DNA from: a virus
Taxonomy: Duplodnaviria > Caudoviricetes
Direction: 5' to 3' (one strand)
DNA: 64,000 bases
Virus record (IMG/VR): IMGVR_UViG_3300035497_000412
Shown: positions 1 to 15,600 of the stretch, piece by piece
Position numbering within the stretch: position 1 is the first letter of the stretch
Layout: every line of letters begins with the position of its first letter
Position numbers and translations under genes: made by a program
The notes under the pieces: generated by a model
Databases searched by the model: none
Told to the model about the DNA's origin: nothing
What the model saw: the letters and a program-made list of their open reading frames with translations, nothing else

Positions 1-1626
1 ATATAATCCATCTACTTTATTAGCTTCAGCAACTTTAGTATAAAAATCATCAACCTGATTATATTTATAATAATCTAAAGTCATCTAATAAATAATTTCA
101 CGCCAATCATAATCATCTGTAGTATATCTCACTGACTCTTGGACATATTTGCCATATTCTCCAATAAATATATCTGGAAATAATTCCTTATAAGCTTTAG
201 CTTCTTCTTCTGAAACACTAATGGAGGTATATATCTCCGGTTTTGTATCAATAGCGTAACGTGCGTGAATTGGAATATCTGCGCCACTTGCCCCTTCACG
301 AGTTCCCCAAACAGAAAAATCATTCCGCAAATTTGTTAAAGTAGGGTTGTTTTGAAAAGCTGTAATTAAATTATTGTTCTAAAAATTATAAGTAGAAGCT
401 GACGTGTATGCCGCAGGATTGACATAAGTTTCATCTTCATTAAACACAATTGAACTCCAAGTGGTGTTTACATATGTCTACTTCTCTTGGAAAATAAATC
501 TACCATCTAAATCATAAAAATATTCAAAATTAGATAACATATTTTTTATTTTATCTAATATAGAGGTTAAATTTTCTCCAATTGAAGAAATTAGATCCCC
601 AGAATAAGTTAAATCTGTTACCCGATATCCAGCAGTATCACCATATTCAATTTTAGCAATTTTATACAGCATAGTTGGATCTTCACTATCGGGGAAAGTT
701 ACATCTGCCGCAGTTTCATCAAAGCCATCAACTAAATTATAGTATTCAGAACTAGATAAATCCTTTAGTTTAGTTAATGTGCCGTTAATTGAACATTCTG
801 CTTCCCCATTGGTAGTCATATTAACTACATTTTTGCTTGCGCTCTCACATAAGCAATATAAGGTTGAATCACCACGATATTCCAATAGCTCTAATCCATA
901 ATCTTCCAAATCATTAATAATTATATTATGATAAGGTTCATTTCCATATGTATGTAAAGCTTCTCGAATAATGGTTTTAATTGGAATACTTGAAATAGTA
1001 GAATAATCTTCTCTATAATAATAAGTTTGCGCGCTATCATATTCATCGGCGCTTAAAACATACTGAGATTGCCCATTAGTTGGAGTATAATCCTTATTTT
1101 CAATATAATATTTATTTGAAATATATTGAGAAATATCCATTGAGCTTACTTCGGAATAAATTGCGTCATAAGTTTCAATAGTTCCAAAGTCAACAGAAGC
1201 GGGCAATTCACCGCCCAATTCTCCATTCAATAAGCACATCTTATCTTTTCCATTAATTGTAATTGTATAGTTATTAGTAGCAATAGCTGTATTAAAACTA
1301 GTAATAACATAAACCCCTTGTGGGAACCATATAACGTCAGGATAATTATTATTAATAGTGTTTTTAATGCCAATTTCTAATTTAAATTTATGAGTCAAAC
1401 CCCAATAGAAGTCATTAATATTCATTTCTTGCGCAACTAATGTTAAATTACAAGTTCTTCTGACAGTAGAGGTCCCATCAATACTGATAGAACCTCCTGT
1501 CACTCGTCCTTCTATTTGCTCGATAGGATCTTCCGCAAATGTTAAAGAAATTATTCTGGCGAAAATTTCTTTCTATCTATTATTATCTAGTTGTTTTAAA
1601 AAGTCTTTATCGTTCAGAGGATTCAT
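1..1626 (-). CDS. tail-tip/baseplate-region protein, code 15, runs off window start
   Basis: ATG 1626 overlaps the upstream TGA (ATGA). ORF-track pieces 478..1503 and 85..330 are in one frame and end only at TAG. Located after tail genes. Confidence 0.7.
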
Positions 1627-4544
1627 TTATTTCCCTCCTGACTCTTTTTAGCTCTAGTCAATGTTTCAATATAATCATTATAATATTCTAAATAAACTTC
1701 TCTTGCTTCAATAAGCTTATCTGTATACTCTTGGTCTGGAGTGTCATCATCTCCATATGGTAAACATTCTTGCTTCATGGTAGCAACAGAGAGGATATTA
1801 GCAATATTTTCATATTTCTATTTAGCTTTAATCGTGCGCTCGTCCGTTCCTTCAATAATATAATCAATTTCCTGCAACTCATATCCGCAATTTAAGACTA
1901 TTCCGCTTCCAATATATAAAGAATCACATACGAACGGACCTTTTATACTATATTCTTGCTTTTCAGTAATGTCTATTTCATTGTCATTAATATATAGTTT
2001 ATTACTATATTTAACAATATTTTTCAAAAGCGTTAAATCGTTATCTTCAAAAGCATTAATAACAAATTCTGACAATTGATTATAAGTATCTTCTGAAACA
2101 ATTGTTAATCCAGGATTAACTGAGTCATAATAAAACTCAAAAGGACTTACCTCATAATAAATTGTGCCAGAATCATATTTGTTAGCTCTTAAATAAGACA
2201 CTCCCGACTTGATATAATAAGTGCCAAATGGGAAATCTCTTTCAGAGATATCGACTTGCCGCATTCCTCTTGCTTCTTTATTATTTATCGTATAAATATT
2301 TTTGTAATATTTATATAATGGCAAAGTATCCATGTTCTTATTGGATTCATCATAATCTTCTATTGGACGAACCGCGGCCCGCAAGTAATAGAATTTAATA
2401 AAATTGGTTTTAATATTCTAAATTAAATCTAAAATATTTTCTTGACATCCAATAAATTGCTGGGCTGGTATTTCTGTATAATTAACATCAGAAATTTCAC
2501 TAAAGCTACCTTCTTCTATATCATCATAATAACTATAACTTATTGAACCTGTATACTATGCGCCATCTGGAATTTTAATACTAATAATTTCAATATCAGA
2601 AGGAATTGAATATGTTCCAGTTGCTCCTATCATAATCTTTTGTAAAGATTTATCTCTATATAATACTTCTATAACACTACCAGGAATCATATCATTAAAC
2701 GATATAGAAGTTGCATATGAATGCTCTAAAATCTCTCCAGTCTTATAGAGAATATTTCCAGAATATACCTATTGATAAGATTCAGAATCATCATCCCAAA
2801 TTTCTTCCAATACTTCGCGTTCTGCTAAATTCACAGTAGTCCAATGAGATGTGGTATCGGTAATAGTCACATCATCAACCGCAAGCATTCCATAATCACT
2901 TAAACTCGAATAAGAACAATCTGCTATTTCATAAGCAGTGCCAGTAACTGTGTGTAACATTCTATTTAATTTATCTTCTGGAGACATAGAGATATTCATT
3001 AATCTAACTATGTAGTTACCTTCTGCGGGTGACCTAAATAATTTTGGCTTACCATTATTTAACCAATCCAAAACAGTTAATTTAAAGTCTCTTTCTGAAG
3101 CAATATTAAAACCAGTTAAAGCAGTTGTTTTTCCCTTGCCAGAATCAATTTTCGCTTCGTCTTTTACATATTTTTTATAGCCATCTTCAATTTTATCCCA
3201 AACAGAACTAGAGCCGCCCCAAGAAACTTTATTATAAAAATAGTTATCATCTGGATATTTATTATCATATCTTGGAGTAGCTGAACGAGTCATGGTCGAA
3301 AAATCTTCAATCCCTTTATCGAGCATAAATAAATTTTCATCATCCATCCAATAAGAAACAAGTCCTGAAATCGGAAATTCTTTGTACTCAACATTGCCAT
3401 TTCTAAAAATAAAAGGATATTTGCTTCCTATTGTATCGACCTTAGTCTCTAAATAATCTGTTTTAAAAGAAGTTACTTTTGGATTAAATCTTAATTTTAA
3501 TTGCCTTTCTCCATCATATAAGAACATATCTTCAAAATTAACAAAAACTTCATTTGATAAGATTCTATTGGAGAAAAGATTTGCACTATTATATTGCTGA
3601 ACAGCGTAAATATAAGTTTTTCCTTGCTTTACAGTAAAATCTCTTAATAGAGTCCTTGAAGGATACTGATTTTGTAAGGTAAATTTTAACAATTCATCCC
3701 ATTCTTTATAATCGCTATCCTCACAGGCTCTGGTTAAAACATATTTTCCAGAAGTTGGATATTCGTATCCTTTTTCATCAGTATCGCCAACTAACGCAAC
3801 AGTAACATATCCATTATCAAAGTGCATCTCTGCGGTTAGTGTTGCTTGAATATCTGCGTCAATAGTCTGTTTTTGTTTAATTTTATAACGCGGACTAGAA
3901 ACTTCTAAATCGTTTATAGTTTTTACTTTATAAATAATATAATAGCTTTCATTTATTTCCAAATCAGAAAGAAATTCCCAAGTGTCTAAGCTATCATATC
4001 CAACATCTTCTTCGTTATTATGAAGCTAAACTCCACTATCGGCAACAATGTTATTTGAGCTGTCATAAATAATAAACTAATAAGAATATTCTTTCTCTGT
4101 TGTATCTCCATTCTTTTGTGAATAATATCCAGTATAAGAATATTTATGAGTATTAACAGTTCCTGTATTTAAGTTTGCAATATATACATTTGGAGCTGTA
4201 GTATATTTTACAACTCCAACAGTAGAATAATATCCAGGCTCGCCATTTGAAGTATAAGCTAACTAAACTTTATAATATGATCCTGCTTTTAGTTTAGTTA
4301 GATTCGTAACAGTAAAATAAGCTTCATATTTTGAATTAATATCATAAGATGTAGCAGGTAAATCATCTATATAAGTTCCACTCTATACAGTTTTTATTTT
4401 TAATCTAAACCCGTCAATTGAGCTTTTATTCACAGCTTTATTCATAGAAAAAGGAACGGTTAGAACCGTTCCTTTTTCTTCTGAAGTATAAAAGGCGGGA
4501 ATAGTTCCTCCTATAGAAGGAGGATACAATTTCGTCGTCGCCAT
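1623..4544 (-). CDS. ~973-aa tail-tip/structural protein (code 15)
   Basis: MATTKLYPP start with GAGGAG RBS. Pieces 2769..3962 and 1818..2384 are in frame and split by TAG. Ends TGA 1623. Confidence 0.7.
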
Positions 4545-4551
4545 TTTTTAA

Positions 4552-4713
4552 TTACTCCTCTTCAGCCTCTTCGGTTGTCTTGTTTGCATCAACAATAATC
4601 TGCTGAAGAGCACGGAGACAGTCAGTCATCATAAAACTGTCCTCTCCACAAGTATGAACCCCAAGAAGGGTGTTGTAAATACGAGTAAGCATACTCACCT
4701 GATCCTGTGTCAT
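4552..4713 (-). CDS. 53-aa hypothetical protein
   Basis: MTQDQVSMLTRIYNTL...EEAEEE*, GAAAGGAG RBS, TTGACT..TATAAT promoter at ~4748-4776. Confidence 0.7.
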   Translation of the reverse strand: MTQDQVSMLTRIYNTLLGVHTCGEDSFMMTDCLRALQQIIVDANKTTEEAEEE

Positions 4714-4777
4714 AAATAAAATCTCCTTTCCCTCTTATGATGATTAAATTATACCAAAAATTTTTTAAAAAGTCAAA

Positions 4778-7700
4778 TTATAACTTTAAACTTTTTAAAA
4801 TCTCTCTTACACTAATAGTTTTATTATTTCCAAATTCATCTTGTAAATAAAAAACAATATCTCCTTCGTTTTTACAAAAAATACCAGTCATTCCTTCTTC
4901 TGGAGAATCTGAAGAAGACCCTTCTCCATACTATCCAATCCAAATGCCATCAGTATACTGTCTAACACATCCCGCGTCAAATAACCATTTATCTTTATCT
5001 TCTGTACTGGTATAACTACCAGTGCCAAAACGTAAGTAAGGGACATTTATATTATTACGAGATTGCCACCCCAAATGGATTAAAGAAGAATTGCTCGGGC
5101 TAGAGTCGTCTGGGAATTTTTTACCAGCAGAGCTATCAGCAACCAATCCAATACCATTATTTAGGATTTTAACAGTATTAGTTTTCTTACTTGAACTGTT
5201 AGCGCTATAAAAAATTGTGGCATCAGAGCTAAGCTAGGAGTAGTTGTACGGACCACCAATCATAGCTCCCTTAGAATTGCCCCAAAAGCCTGAATTTGTA
5301 TAATCTGATAAGCTAGTTTTGCCAAATCCAATTTCATTGTTAGATAAAACCGAAGAATCAGTTTTAGCCATCCAACTGGTTTGATCTAAATAAATACCAT
5401 TACGGCCATCGTTAAAGCTCTTCTTGCCTAAGCCAAGCTTCTATTCTTTTGTATTTATCTTTAAAAAGCTCCAAGAATTTTCTTCAGCAAAACTTCCACC
5501 AAGATTAACACCATCTGCACTAACATAAGAGCCAAAGCGCACATCATCATCTAATGTAACCTTACCAAAGGCTAAGGCTTTTGCAGCCGCATAACTATTA
5601 AGTTCTTCTTGAGTGTATTCCTCAATTAAACTACTATCAGTTAAATCCCAGTCACGCAATAAGCCACCAACAGATAACGAACCAATACTACCAACAGAAG
5701 CTGAGAGCGTTCCATCAAAAACGCCATTTGTAATATAAACAGTACCATCCCAGCCGACTCTGAAATTGCGCTCAGTTTCTATCTCAGAATCACCAATGCT
5801 CAGAGGAAACTCTCTAGTGCTATCAGGGTCAGCCGCAGAGGATAAAGTAATATATCTATCAGAATTGGCACTCTTTTCATAAGTATAATAAGTTGACTAC
5901 GGATCATATTCTTGAGCTTCAATATAGTCATTATTTCTATATAAATAAAAATAATTTATCTTTCCAAAATAAGTCTTTTCTTGTGAGTTTGCGGCAGTGT
6001 ATCCAGTTATCTTATAGTAAGTCTAATTATTATCATAATTACCTGTAGCTAATTCATAAGTGTAAATAGTAGTAGTAATTGTATATAAATATTCAATTTC
6101 TTCAGAATCTTCTTCTTCATATTTATCTTTTACGAATTGCTCTACCAAGACTGTCTCGTCAACATACTTATATTCCCCGTTTATCTCTTTAATTCGGTCT
6201 ATAGTATGAGAGCTAACTGGCGGCTCATCAAATGTTAAATTTGATTCTATAGTCTCGGTTTTAGTTTGAATAAAATATTTATTTTTAACATATAAATCTT
6301 TATCAATAATAGCTTTATCAAAAAACTTTGGTAAATAATAGATAAGAGACGAGTCAAAATCAGCGCTATTATTAACCCTCTAAAATGTTACTCTCTCATA
6401 ATATTTTCCAGGTTCAAATGTTTCTTCGCTAACACTAACCGCTATATATTTAGATGCCTTTTTATTCATCTTAATATAGCCATCATCTAAATCCATTATC
6501 ATACCATCTTCACTTGATAGCCAATTAGCAGAATAAATCTATGAACTATCACCATCAAAATAAATGCGGCCCTTGCCAGACTTTCCAATAAAACCAGTTC
6601 CGTCATCCTAGAAAGCATAACTCACTGCGCCGTGGTTAAAACCATATAAACCAGTATGAGAACTTAGTGCTTGCTCAGTATCAGCTTTCTTTGACCAATC
6701 TCCAAGCATTACACCACTAAAAGTGTTATCGTTTTCTTTTTTGCCAACGCCTAATGCGGAAGCTAAAATAGTTCCACTATTATCATCAGTTTCTATATCT
6801 TTACCATTCCATTGATTCAATGTAGTAGAAGCGTAGTTATTCTAGTAAACAAAAATCGGCTATGTCCAAACAACATGACCACCACTGCTAAATTGAATTC
6901 CAAATTCTGGGGCATCTTCCACATAACAGGCTAAAGGTTGTAATTTATAAGAAGTGGAAAGTGTTGGAACAAAAGTAGTTAAATTTTCTTCTGTTGAAGT
7001 CTGTGGAATAAAAAGCGTAATTCCAGTAGTATAGGGCTTAGAAATTCCATTTGACGCCGTTCCGTAAAGTACATACGAAGCGCTGGAATAAGAAGGTTCA
7101 CCAATAGAACTATATCTTATTTCAGTTGGGCCAACAATATTAGTATAAATATTATTGGGATCGTAACGTCTTAAAGGAATAGGCTTATAAGCAGTTAATT
7201 CATAATCGCCCCAACCAGTTAAAGTAACTTTTAAAATCCATAAACTATTCATTCTCTTTTGTAAAGTTACATTATTCTATTCATCAAGTTCTCCATTTTC
7301 TGTTAAATGAGTAATATTATTAACATCATTTGTAAAATCTAATTGAACTTGTGAATTATTCATTTTTGTGATTGAAATATACCCTTCACTATCTTCTGTA
7401 ATAGTTTTTATAGGAATTTCATAACGTTCATAATAAATTTCAGAACTATCATATTTGTCATCAGATGTTACTGCAATATATTCATCACCATTATAATAGT
7501 AAATATTTCCAAGAGCGGCTCTGCTATCAAAAGTCTTTTCATTAACTGATACTGTGCTATACTTATATTCATATTTGATATTATCATCATCTACATTCTC
7601 TAAAGCACAATACCATTCCCATTTTATGTCATATCCGCTATTTAAGTTAACAATAGTACCAGAAGAGTCTTGTAGTGTTAAAAACAGTTGCGTCGGCGTA

Positions 7701-9553
7701 TAATCCGCAATTTCATTATCTTTTGTATTAATGAATTTTCCACCGACTACCATAGAGGGAGTGTTTTCATTTACAAATTGTATTGTTAAACGGCAATCTG
7801 TTCCAGAAGAACCAGTATTGCCAAAAAAACATTCTTTAATCCCATAATAAGTAACATTATCTTTTACAACTATACATTGAATTGTATTATTGGTATATGA
7901 AGGATAATAATAAGAATTAATATAATATTGCTATTCACTATTAATACCACCATTATCATTTATATAACGAGTAATTTTATACTAAGAATTATCTTTATCA
8001 TAAGTAACTTCTTCTCCAGTAGATAAAGTAATTGTAGTAGCAGACTCAAATAAAGAAGCTCTGATAGTCGCACCGGTCGCGTCGGCTGGCCGCAGCATCG
8101 TATTTGAAGCAGGAAAAATCCATGTAATGCTTTCTGCTTCTTTTAACGCAGTTGCGGTTGTGTCATCATCAACATCAAAACAACACTAAAAGCTACGACA
8201 TTTATTGCTCTACTTTTGACCAGTATCGCTATCAAGTATAGCATTATTTTCTCCATAAATATAATAATTGCCATACGATTCGTCTTCACAAACAATGGTT
8301 ACAGCAGAAGTTACATTTACAGTAGTTTGATTAACAACTTCCCTTTCATTAGTAAAAGTTAAGATATTACTAGTAATTACAGAGTCATTATATAAAATAA
8401 TAACTTTAATTTGCTCCTAAGCTGCTGTAACATCTGGTTCTAACACATAAGAAAAAGCATTATCTAATTCAACCCTTTCCCAATATACGCCAGAATACTA
8501 GTCAGCAGAAGGCGCTCCAAATTTATATCTATACCAACGAATCTCTGCGCCATCTGGCATTGTATCATCATAAACCTATCCAATAGCTCCATCATCAAAT
8601 TCATGAAGCCATCTTAATTGAATAGTTTTATTATTGCTCTTATTTTCAACTGATTGCGCAGAAGTATAAGTAGAATAATCTAAAGTATAAAGAATAGCTT
8701 GCTCATCAGCAAAATCCTCAATATCATAACCAACACAAATATAAGGATTCCGCACGAATAAGTTAGCGGCTAAATCATTACCCAAAAAATCAGAATGTGA
8801 AATTAATTCTCCATCACTATTGGTAAAACTACCAGGCACTTGATAGAAAAATAATTGCATATTTGTAATTGTGCCCAGATTAGAAATATCAAAAGTTTTT
8901 TCTTGAGTATAATATGTATTAAAATTATAAGGATTGCCATACATATCATTTATTGACAAGTATAAAACGTAATCTTCACTTTCTTCATTTTCTGCTCCTA
9001 TAGTTACATCTGGCCTTGTGTGAATTAATAACTTTAAACCATACTCGCCATTAGTAGTATTCATAGAGCTAAGCCATGAACGGAACTCTGCGGAAATACC
9101 TAATGTATTATAGCTCGTTAATTCTTTATTATTAGTAGTGAAATCATAATTCCAAATTAAGATTTCACTTTTTTCACTATTTGCGGTTAACCCGATCGGG
9201 TCTAACGTATCTAGCACCAAATTAGTAGACGCATCTAATATTGCATCAAATGGAGAGGTATATATAAATGGAGCAGTAGAAGAAGAAACAGACTTACCAG
9301 CAATAAGTTTTTGCTGTGCGTAATCTCCATTTGGAATAGTAACATATACGACATCATTTACTTTATAAGCTGTATCATTAGCATACGCTGTAAATGTTGT
9401 TGATCCATTAGATACAGTGTATTTGCCTTCTTCAGCAGTGCCAACATCAGTAACAGTACACTTAATTGTTGTATCAAAATGAATGCCCTCTAGTTTTTTT
9501 GATACAATAGTATCAACCGCTTGACATATTACATCAGCATAATCTGCCATCAT
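4778..9553 (-). CDS. ~1591-aa tail-tip/spike protein (code 15)
   Basis: Six ORF pieces (ending 8576, 7277, 6860, 6608, 5441, 4931) share one frame and all end at TAG. Ends TAA 4778. Directly follows the tape measure. Confidence 0.7.
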
Positions 9554-9629
9554 ATGCCCTCCTTTTTCTCTATTATCTATCTTATTTTAAAAATGAAACA
9601 TTAATTTTATATGGAATAGACCAAAAATA

Positions 9630-9662
9630 AAAAGGGGCAGTGTAAAAACACTACCCCTTTTT
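9630..9662 (-). terminator. intrinsic terminator after tape measure
   Basis: AAAAGGGG(c/t)AGTG..CACTACCCCTTTT hairpin with T tract. Confidence 0.7.
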
Positions 9663-9663
9663 A

Positions 9664-12600
9664 TTAATTTTTATTTGCGTATTGTGAAGCTTTGTTAATT
9701 AAAGTATTGAAAGCTTCTTCTATTTCATTGCGGTCGGTCGCATTCGGGAACTCAGCTGTAATAGTAACAGTTTGTTCAAGTTGCCCATTACTGGACGAAG
9801 CGGTCGCCGCAGATATCATATTAACCTAATTAGCATACATAGCATTTAAGTCTATCATACTAGCAATTTTACGAACCATATCAACCGTTTCCAGTAGATT
9901 CGTAGTATCTTCAGAATTTAACACTAGCTCTTTTTGATGTAAGAAAGCTAATTTTCCTTCCTCACCCCAAGAACCGGTGTAACCACCCGTATCATAACCA
10001 GAAACTTGGTCTTTCTTAACCCAGCCTAAATCGCCATACTTACCATCAGAAGACTTAATATGGACTCCATAGCTGTTATTATTGAGTTTATCGACAATAA
10101 CACCGTTTTCAACACCAGAATATTTGCTACCAGTTGGATTCTTACCAGAAGAGGTGTAATAGTATTTACCAGTATAAGTAACAGTATCTCCCACTTCTAA
10201 TGTTCCATTTCCACTTCCACTCGCGGAAGAGGAGCTGGAGCCAGAACCAGAATTAGAAGAACCACTTCCGCTTCCAGAAGCACCAGAGTCGCTACCAGTG
10301 GAGGGCGCTGTACTTGAACCAGAAGTGTCAACTCCAGTTTCGCCCTTGATCTGAGAATTGGTTTGCGCCGCCAGCTTTTTATAAGCTTCAATCAGCTTCT
10401 CAATCTCGGCTCTTTGATTAGCATAACCCTAAGTTGCTTTTTGTGTTGCGGTAAGGATATCTCCCATAGCAGGAATAATATCATCAACTAAAGTGTCCTT
10501 TAATTCTTCATTAGCGTTAACGACTTCATCAACTTTTTGTTGTGTTTCATCCAAATCGGTGCCAACCAAATCAGTTAATTCACTAGTCTACTATTGCCAT
10601 GTTGCAATAGCTGAATCAACTTCATTAAGGTAAGCGGTTAACGCATCTTTCCAGTTAAGAGCATCTTCTTGTGATTGTGACATACTAGAATTACCACTTA
10701 AAACGATATTCTAATAAGCTGTAGTCCAAGCATCCTCAACTACTCTAGCATCTTCTTGTGTCGCAATACCATACAAATCTTGATAAGTTTCAATCAGTTG
10801 AGTATATTCCTCAATGACTTTTGCTTTAGCCTCTTCAAAAGCTTCTTCAGATTCATAAGCACCGTTCTAATAATCCTCATACATCTAAGTAAGAGTATCA
10901 TATAGCTCTTGCTGAGTCTAAGCGGCTTTTTCAGCATAATTATTTGCATTTTCAAGTCGCAAATTATACAGATCATTTTCTGCGTCTTCTAAAGCTTGCT
11001 GAGCGTCATCAATTGCATCCTAATCCGCAGTATAAACATAGCCATAATTACCTTCGCTATCTCTAGTTAATCTTACTGTAGATTTAGCATTTTGAGCTTC
11101 TTCAAGAGCTATTTGTGCCTGTAGCTGTTTATATTTAGCTTGCGCAATTTCTAACTCAAGATTACTTAATTCATCTTTCTCCTGAAGTTGTTCAATCTCT
11201 TTAGCAAGAGCTGAATAGCGTTGTTTAGCAGCTTTATTATCCGTTTTGTCTATATCCTGAGAAATAGAGCGTAATAATTTATTAGTTTCATAAATCTAAT
11301 TAGTCTTAGTCAAATATTCATCTTGACGAGTAGAAACTCTATCCATTGAATCAGAGATAGCATCCCAACCTAGCCCGCCAGTCATGGCCTTTTCCATTTC
11401 ACTAGCAGCTTGAGACATTGCATTAGTTAAAATCGCTTGTAAAGCTTCACCCCAAGTTTCAGCATCACTTAGCATCTAATCTAAAGCATTTTCATACTCC
11501 TCAATAGCTTTTTCGTATTGAGTCTAATACATTTCAAGAGCTGCTGCATCAGTTGTTTCAGCTATCAGCTTAGCTAAATTATCGACTTGCTCTTTTGCCA
11601 TAGCCACTTGTGCTTGTGACACTTTATAACTATTTTGAGCTACTGTTGCCTGGCCTTTAAGAATAACATCCATAAGATTGTAATCTTGCTCTTTACCAAG
11701 TAATGACATAATACTAGAATAATGCTCTAATACACTAATCTGATTATCCATGCGGTCAGTGTATTTTTGAATCTTTTCAAGAGCTAAATCGTATGTATCG
11801 CCATAATACTCAACCATAGTATCATCCAAATCTTGTAAAGCACTAAGATTATCAATAATGCCATCATAAGCATCTTGCAATCCTTCAATCCAAGAAGTCT
11901 GAGTAATATTTCCAGCCGCGTATTCCGCATTCAAATCTGCAATCGCGGCCTTGTATTGGTCTAAATATCCACTACTTCTAGTATATAGAGCCACTTCGTT
12001 AGTTAAATAACCGAATCCTTCAACCGCTTTATAAATATCATCTTCCACTTGAGAGAAGTAATATTCAAGAGCTTTTAGATCATTATCATTAACAGTAACT
12101 TTTAGTTCTAGTTTATATGTTAAAATCTGATAATTATTATCTTTTATTTCCTAAACCGCGTCATCAATCTACTCTTGTAAATCTTGAATTAGCTCTTTAG
12201 TCTCATCATACTAACCAATTTTATCAATTAAATCTTCCCAGGCGTCTAATCTATCTTGATATTTTTCAGTAATTTCGCTCTACTCATCTTCAGTGGACGC
12301 CGCATTTAATTCAGCTGTCATTTGATTTTGTAAAGCTTGATACTCTTTCATCAGTGCAGTGTAGTTAGTAATATCACCAGCACTATTATATTGAAGAGTT
12401 TTACCTAAATAAGAAGCAGACTCATCCGCCCATTGTTTATCAACCTTTAGATAATTTTGAGCTTCTTTAGTCTATTGCTGTAATAAGGAAACCTACTGCT
12501 TTAAATTATCATTAATCTTTTGGATATTCTTTAATCGATCTTTACCATAAGCGTTATCCATTGCAGTAGAGAGTTTGGTATAAGCGCGAGTAACATTGTC

Positions 12601-15600
12601 TAAAGAATCTGTTACTTCTTTATAGCGATCGCCTACTTTAGTTTTTGCTTGACGCGAAGCCGCTTTAGAAGATGATCCAGAACTACCAGAGCTTCCACTA
12701 CTTGAACCAGTTGAAACTTTGCCCTTATTCTTACTACTAACATTACCACCGGCAGATTTATGAAAATTACTAAATTTATAAGCAGTAGTAGTAGTTTGTT
12801 TAGTTTCTTCTTCTGTTTCTGTTTTCGGGGTAACTGCCTAGCTATAAGACCAAACATTAGTTCTAATTTGTTTAGGTGTTAATTCATTACCTTCATTAGA
12901 AAGAACATTGTCTATGTTTGGATGGTTAGTGGCAGTAATTTCAGTATCATATGCTACTGCTTCTTTAGTATCATTGCTTTCTGATGTCTAAGACACGGCT
13001 TCAGAATCAATGGCCATATTAGCAACAATTTCGTCGGAAGCGGTTGCAGTTGCTCCTACAGCTTCATCTAGCGCATTTTCCATCGGCGTAACGTCACAAT
13101 CAATGTCAAAACCTGATAGCATACTCTAGATTTTATCGGCTGACTATCCAGATAGCGCCGCAGCTTCAATTAATTTAGTAATAAAACTGTCGTCATTAAC
13201 ATCTATAGTAGCGCCATCAGCTAATCCAGCCATCTGCGCCTTGAAATCGTCTGCTTTATCACCTAATCCATATAAATCGGCTTGCGCATCAATAAAAGAG
13301 TCACGAATTCTCTGAATAGCTGCTTCGTCTCCATCCGCGGCAGCCTAGAGATCATCAGGGTCGATACTACTCATAAAATCTGCGTCAATTAAATCTTCTG
13401 ACGTATCTAATAAGCCAGCTAAACTAGTTTTTAAACTCTTAGCGGTACTAGTTTGAGCTGCTAAAGCTTTATCAGAAGAAGTAGAAGCTTTACGGATATC
13501 TTTTAAAGCATCAGCATAATCATCATAATTATCCGCTAAATCTTCAACAGCATTATTTAAACGCTTATATCTAACAGCTGCGTCGGTTGCTGCCTCAGCA
13601 TCATCAGCCAGACTTTCATATCCTTCTTGACCAGCCTTACCCATCTTTTGAAAAGCTCTAGCCAGTTCTTCAACATCATCAGCTTCTAATCCATTAGCTG
13701 CTGCTTGTTCAGCAGATTTAACTGCTATAGCTAATTCATTTAATGCTTTTGTAGAATCTTTTCCTGTAGCAATAGCCGCATAATAAGCATTAACCTCTTG
13801 TGTTGTATTATCGTATTGAGCTGCTAAATTAAGAAGCCCAGCTGCCAATGCTTCATTATAATTAGCATCAGAAATACCAGCTTCGCTCAATCGAAGCATT
13901 ACAGATTCTAGCTATTCTGTGGTAGTGGCTGCAGTCGCAGCCTAGGTGGCCCATTCTTGTAAAGCCTAATAATTTTCTGAAACGGCATCAGAAGAATTTT
14001 CCCAAGTTTCTACACTATTTTGGACTGCTTCCTAAACCGCATTGGCTGCGTCTTCTGTGATAGAACCTTCTTCTGCCATTTCACGGTATTTAGCAATAGC
14101 TTCTTGAGACATTCCATTAGCAGCTTCAAGAAAATTTAATTGCTCAGTAAAAATATCTGTACCAGCCTAATTAACAACATCTCCATATATGTCTCCTCCG
14201 CTGGGTTTCTTTGCTACAACACCAGTTGAAGTATGATCATAAGCATTTTGATCGGCTAAAGAACTTACAATTGGACTACTATAATTATTAAGTTCTAAAG
14301 ATTGCTATAACTCCTCTTTAGCATTTTTAAAACCATCAACAAATTCTTGAGTGGCCTATACATTTAATGCGTTCTAAAACGCTTCTGCTGAACCAACTAG
14401 CTTATATGTGCCATCAGACATCTTCTCAAAATACGCGCTAGCCCAATCGCCTAATTCAGCATATTTATCAGCATCTAAAGTACTGCCTTGACTTAAACTG
14501 CCTGCGATATCGTAAATATTAGCATAATTCTCCTACGCAGTTGTTAAATCCGTAGTAGCCTGCTGAGCACTTTGTAAAGCGTCTTTTAATCCCTATAATG
14601 CTTCACTAGTAATATCAGTTTCAATGCCAGCATCTTTTAAAACGTCTTGCAAATCATTAAGATTCGCTGTAGACCAATCGATATCAGCAAAAGCTTCTTT
14701 TTCTTCATCAGACAAATTACTAAGGTAATCTTCTAAAGCATCAAATCCTTCTTGTCCACTATACACTAAAGCGTCTTCTAGTAAAGAAGCAATGGCTTTT
14801 TGACCCGTTATAGTAAGGCCTTTAAAGGGATTACTACTGTCTTTAAAAATATTCTAAACGGAATTAAGCATTCCGCTAGTAAAATCATCTAATGCAGTGC
14901 CATAATCTTTTTGAGCCCATGTAAATTTATCTAAATAATCTTCACCTAAAAGGGAAGTTAATCCTTCTTCGTCCGTGTCAAAAAGTTTCTCTAAATATTG
15001 TTCTGCTCCGCCTGCTTTCGTCATATCGGCCTGCATAGTATCAAAATCGTCTTGAGTCATATCCTCAAGATTTCCAGAAGTAATCCAATTCTTAATACCT
15101 TCTGAAATACCCTCTCCAGCATTCTTGTCAAGAGTTGATAAAGCCTTAGAAGCAGCTTCGGCATCGCCGCTTAAAGACTCTAGAGCTTCTGCAGCAGCGA
15201 TTGTAGCAGCTATTGATTCTAAAGTAACTGACTACCTCTCGCCTTCTTCATCAATATAATTAAACTTTCGATTACTATCTGTACCAGTTATAGCATTGCT
15301 AGTATCAAGATTATACTCTATATTAGCAGCAGATTTATATCTTTCCCAAATGTCTTTAACATTTTCGTTATCGGCCTCTGCTGAAGCAGAAACTCCATGT
15401 GTTCCTTCGTTTAGAATTTGAGCTTCGATATCACTATAATTAGCCTAATATTTCTAACCTGCAATAGCTGTAGTAGTTGCATCATATTCATCGCCCAACT
15501 CAGCTGCCGCAATAATCTAAGCTGTATTAGATAAAGCGTCTGAAGTATCTTGTGTAGCGGCGCCTAAAGTGTCAATATCATCTTTATAAGCTAAAATACT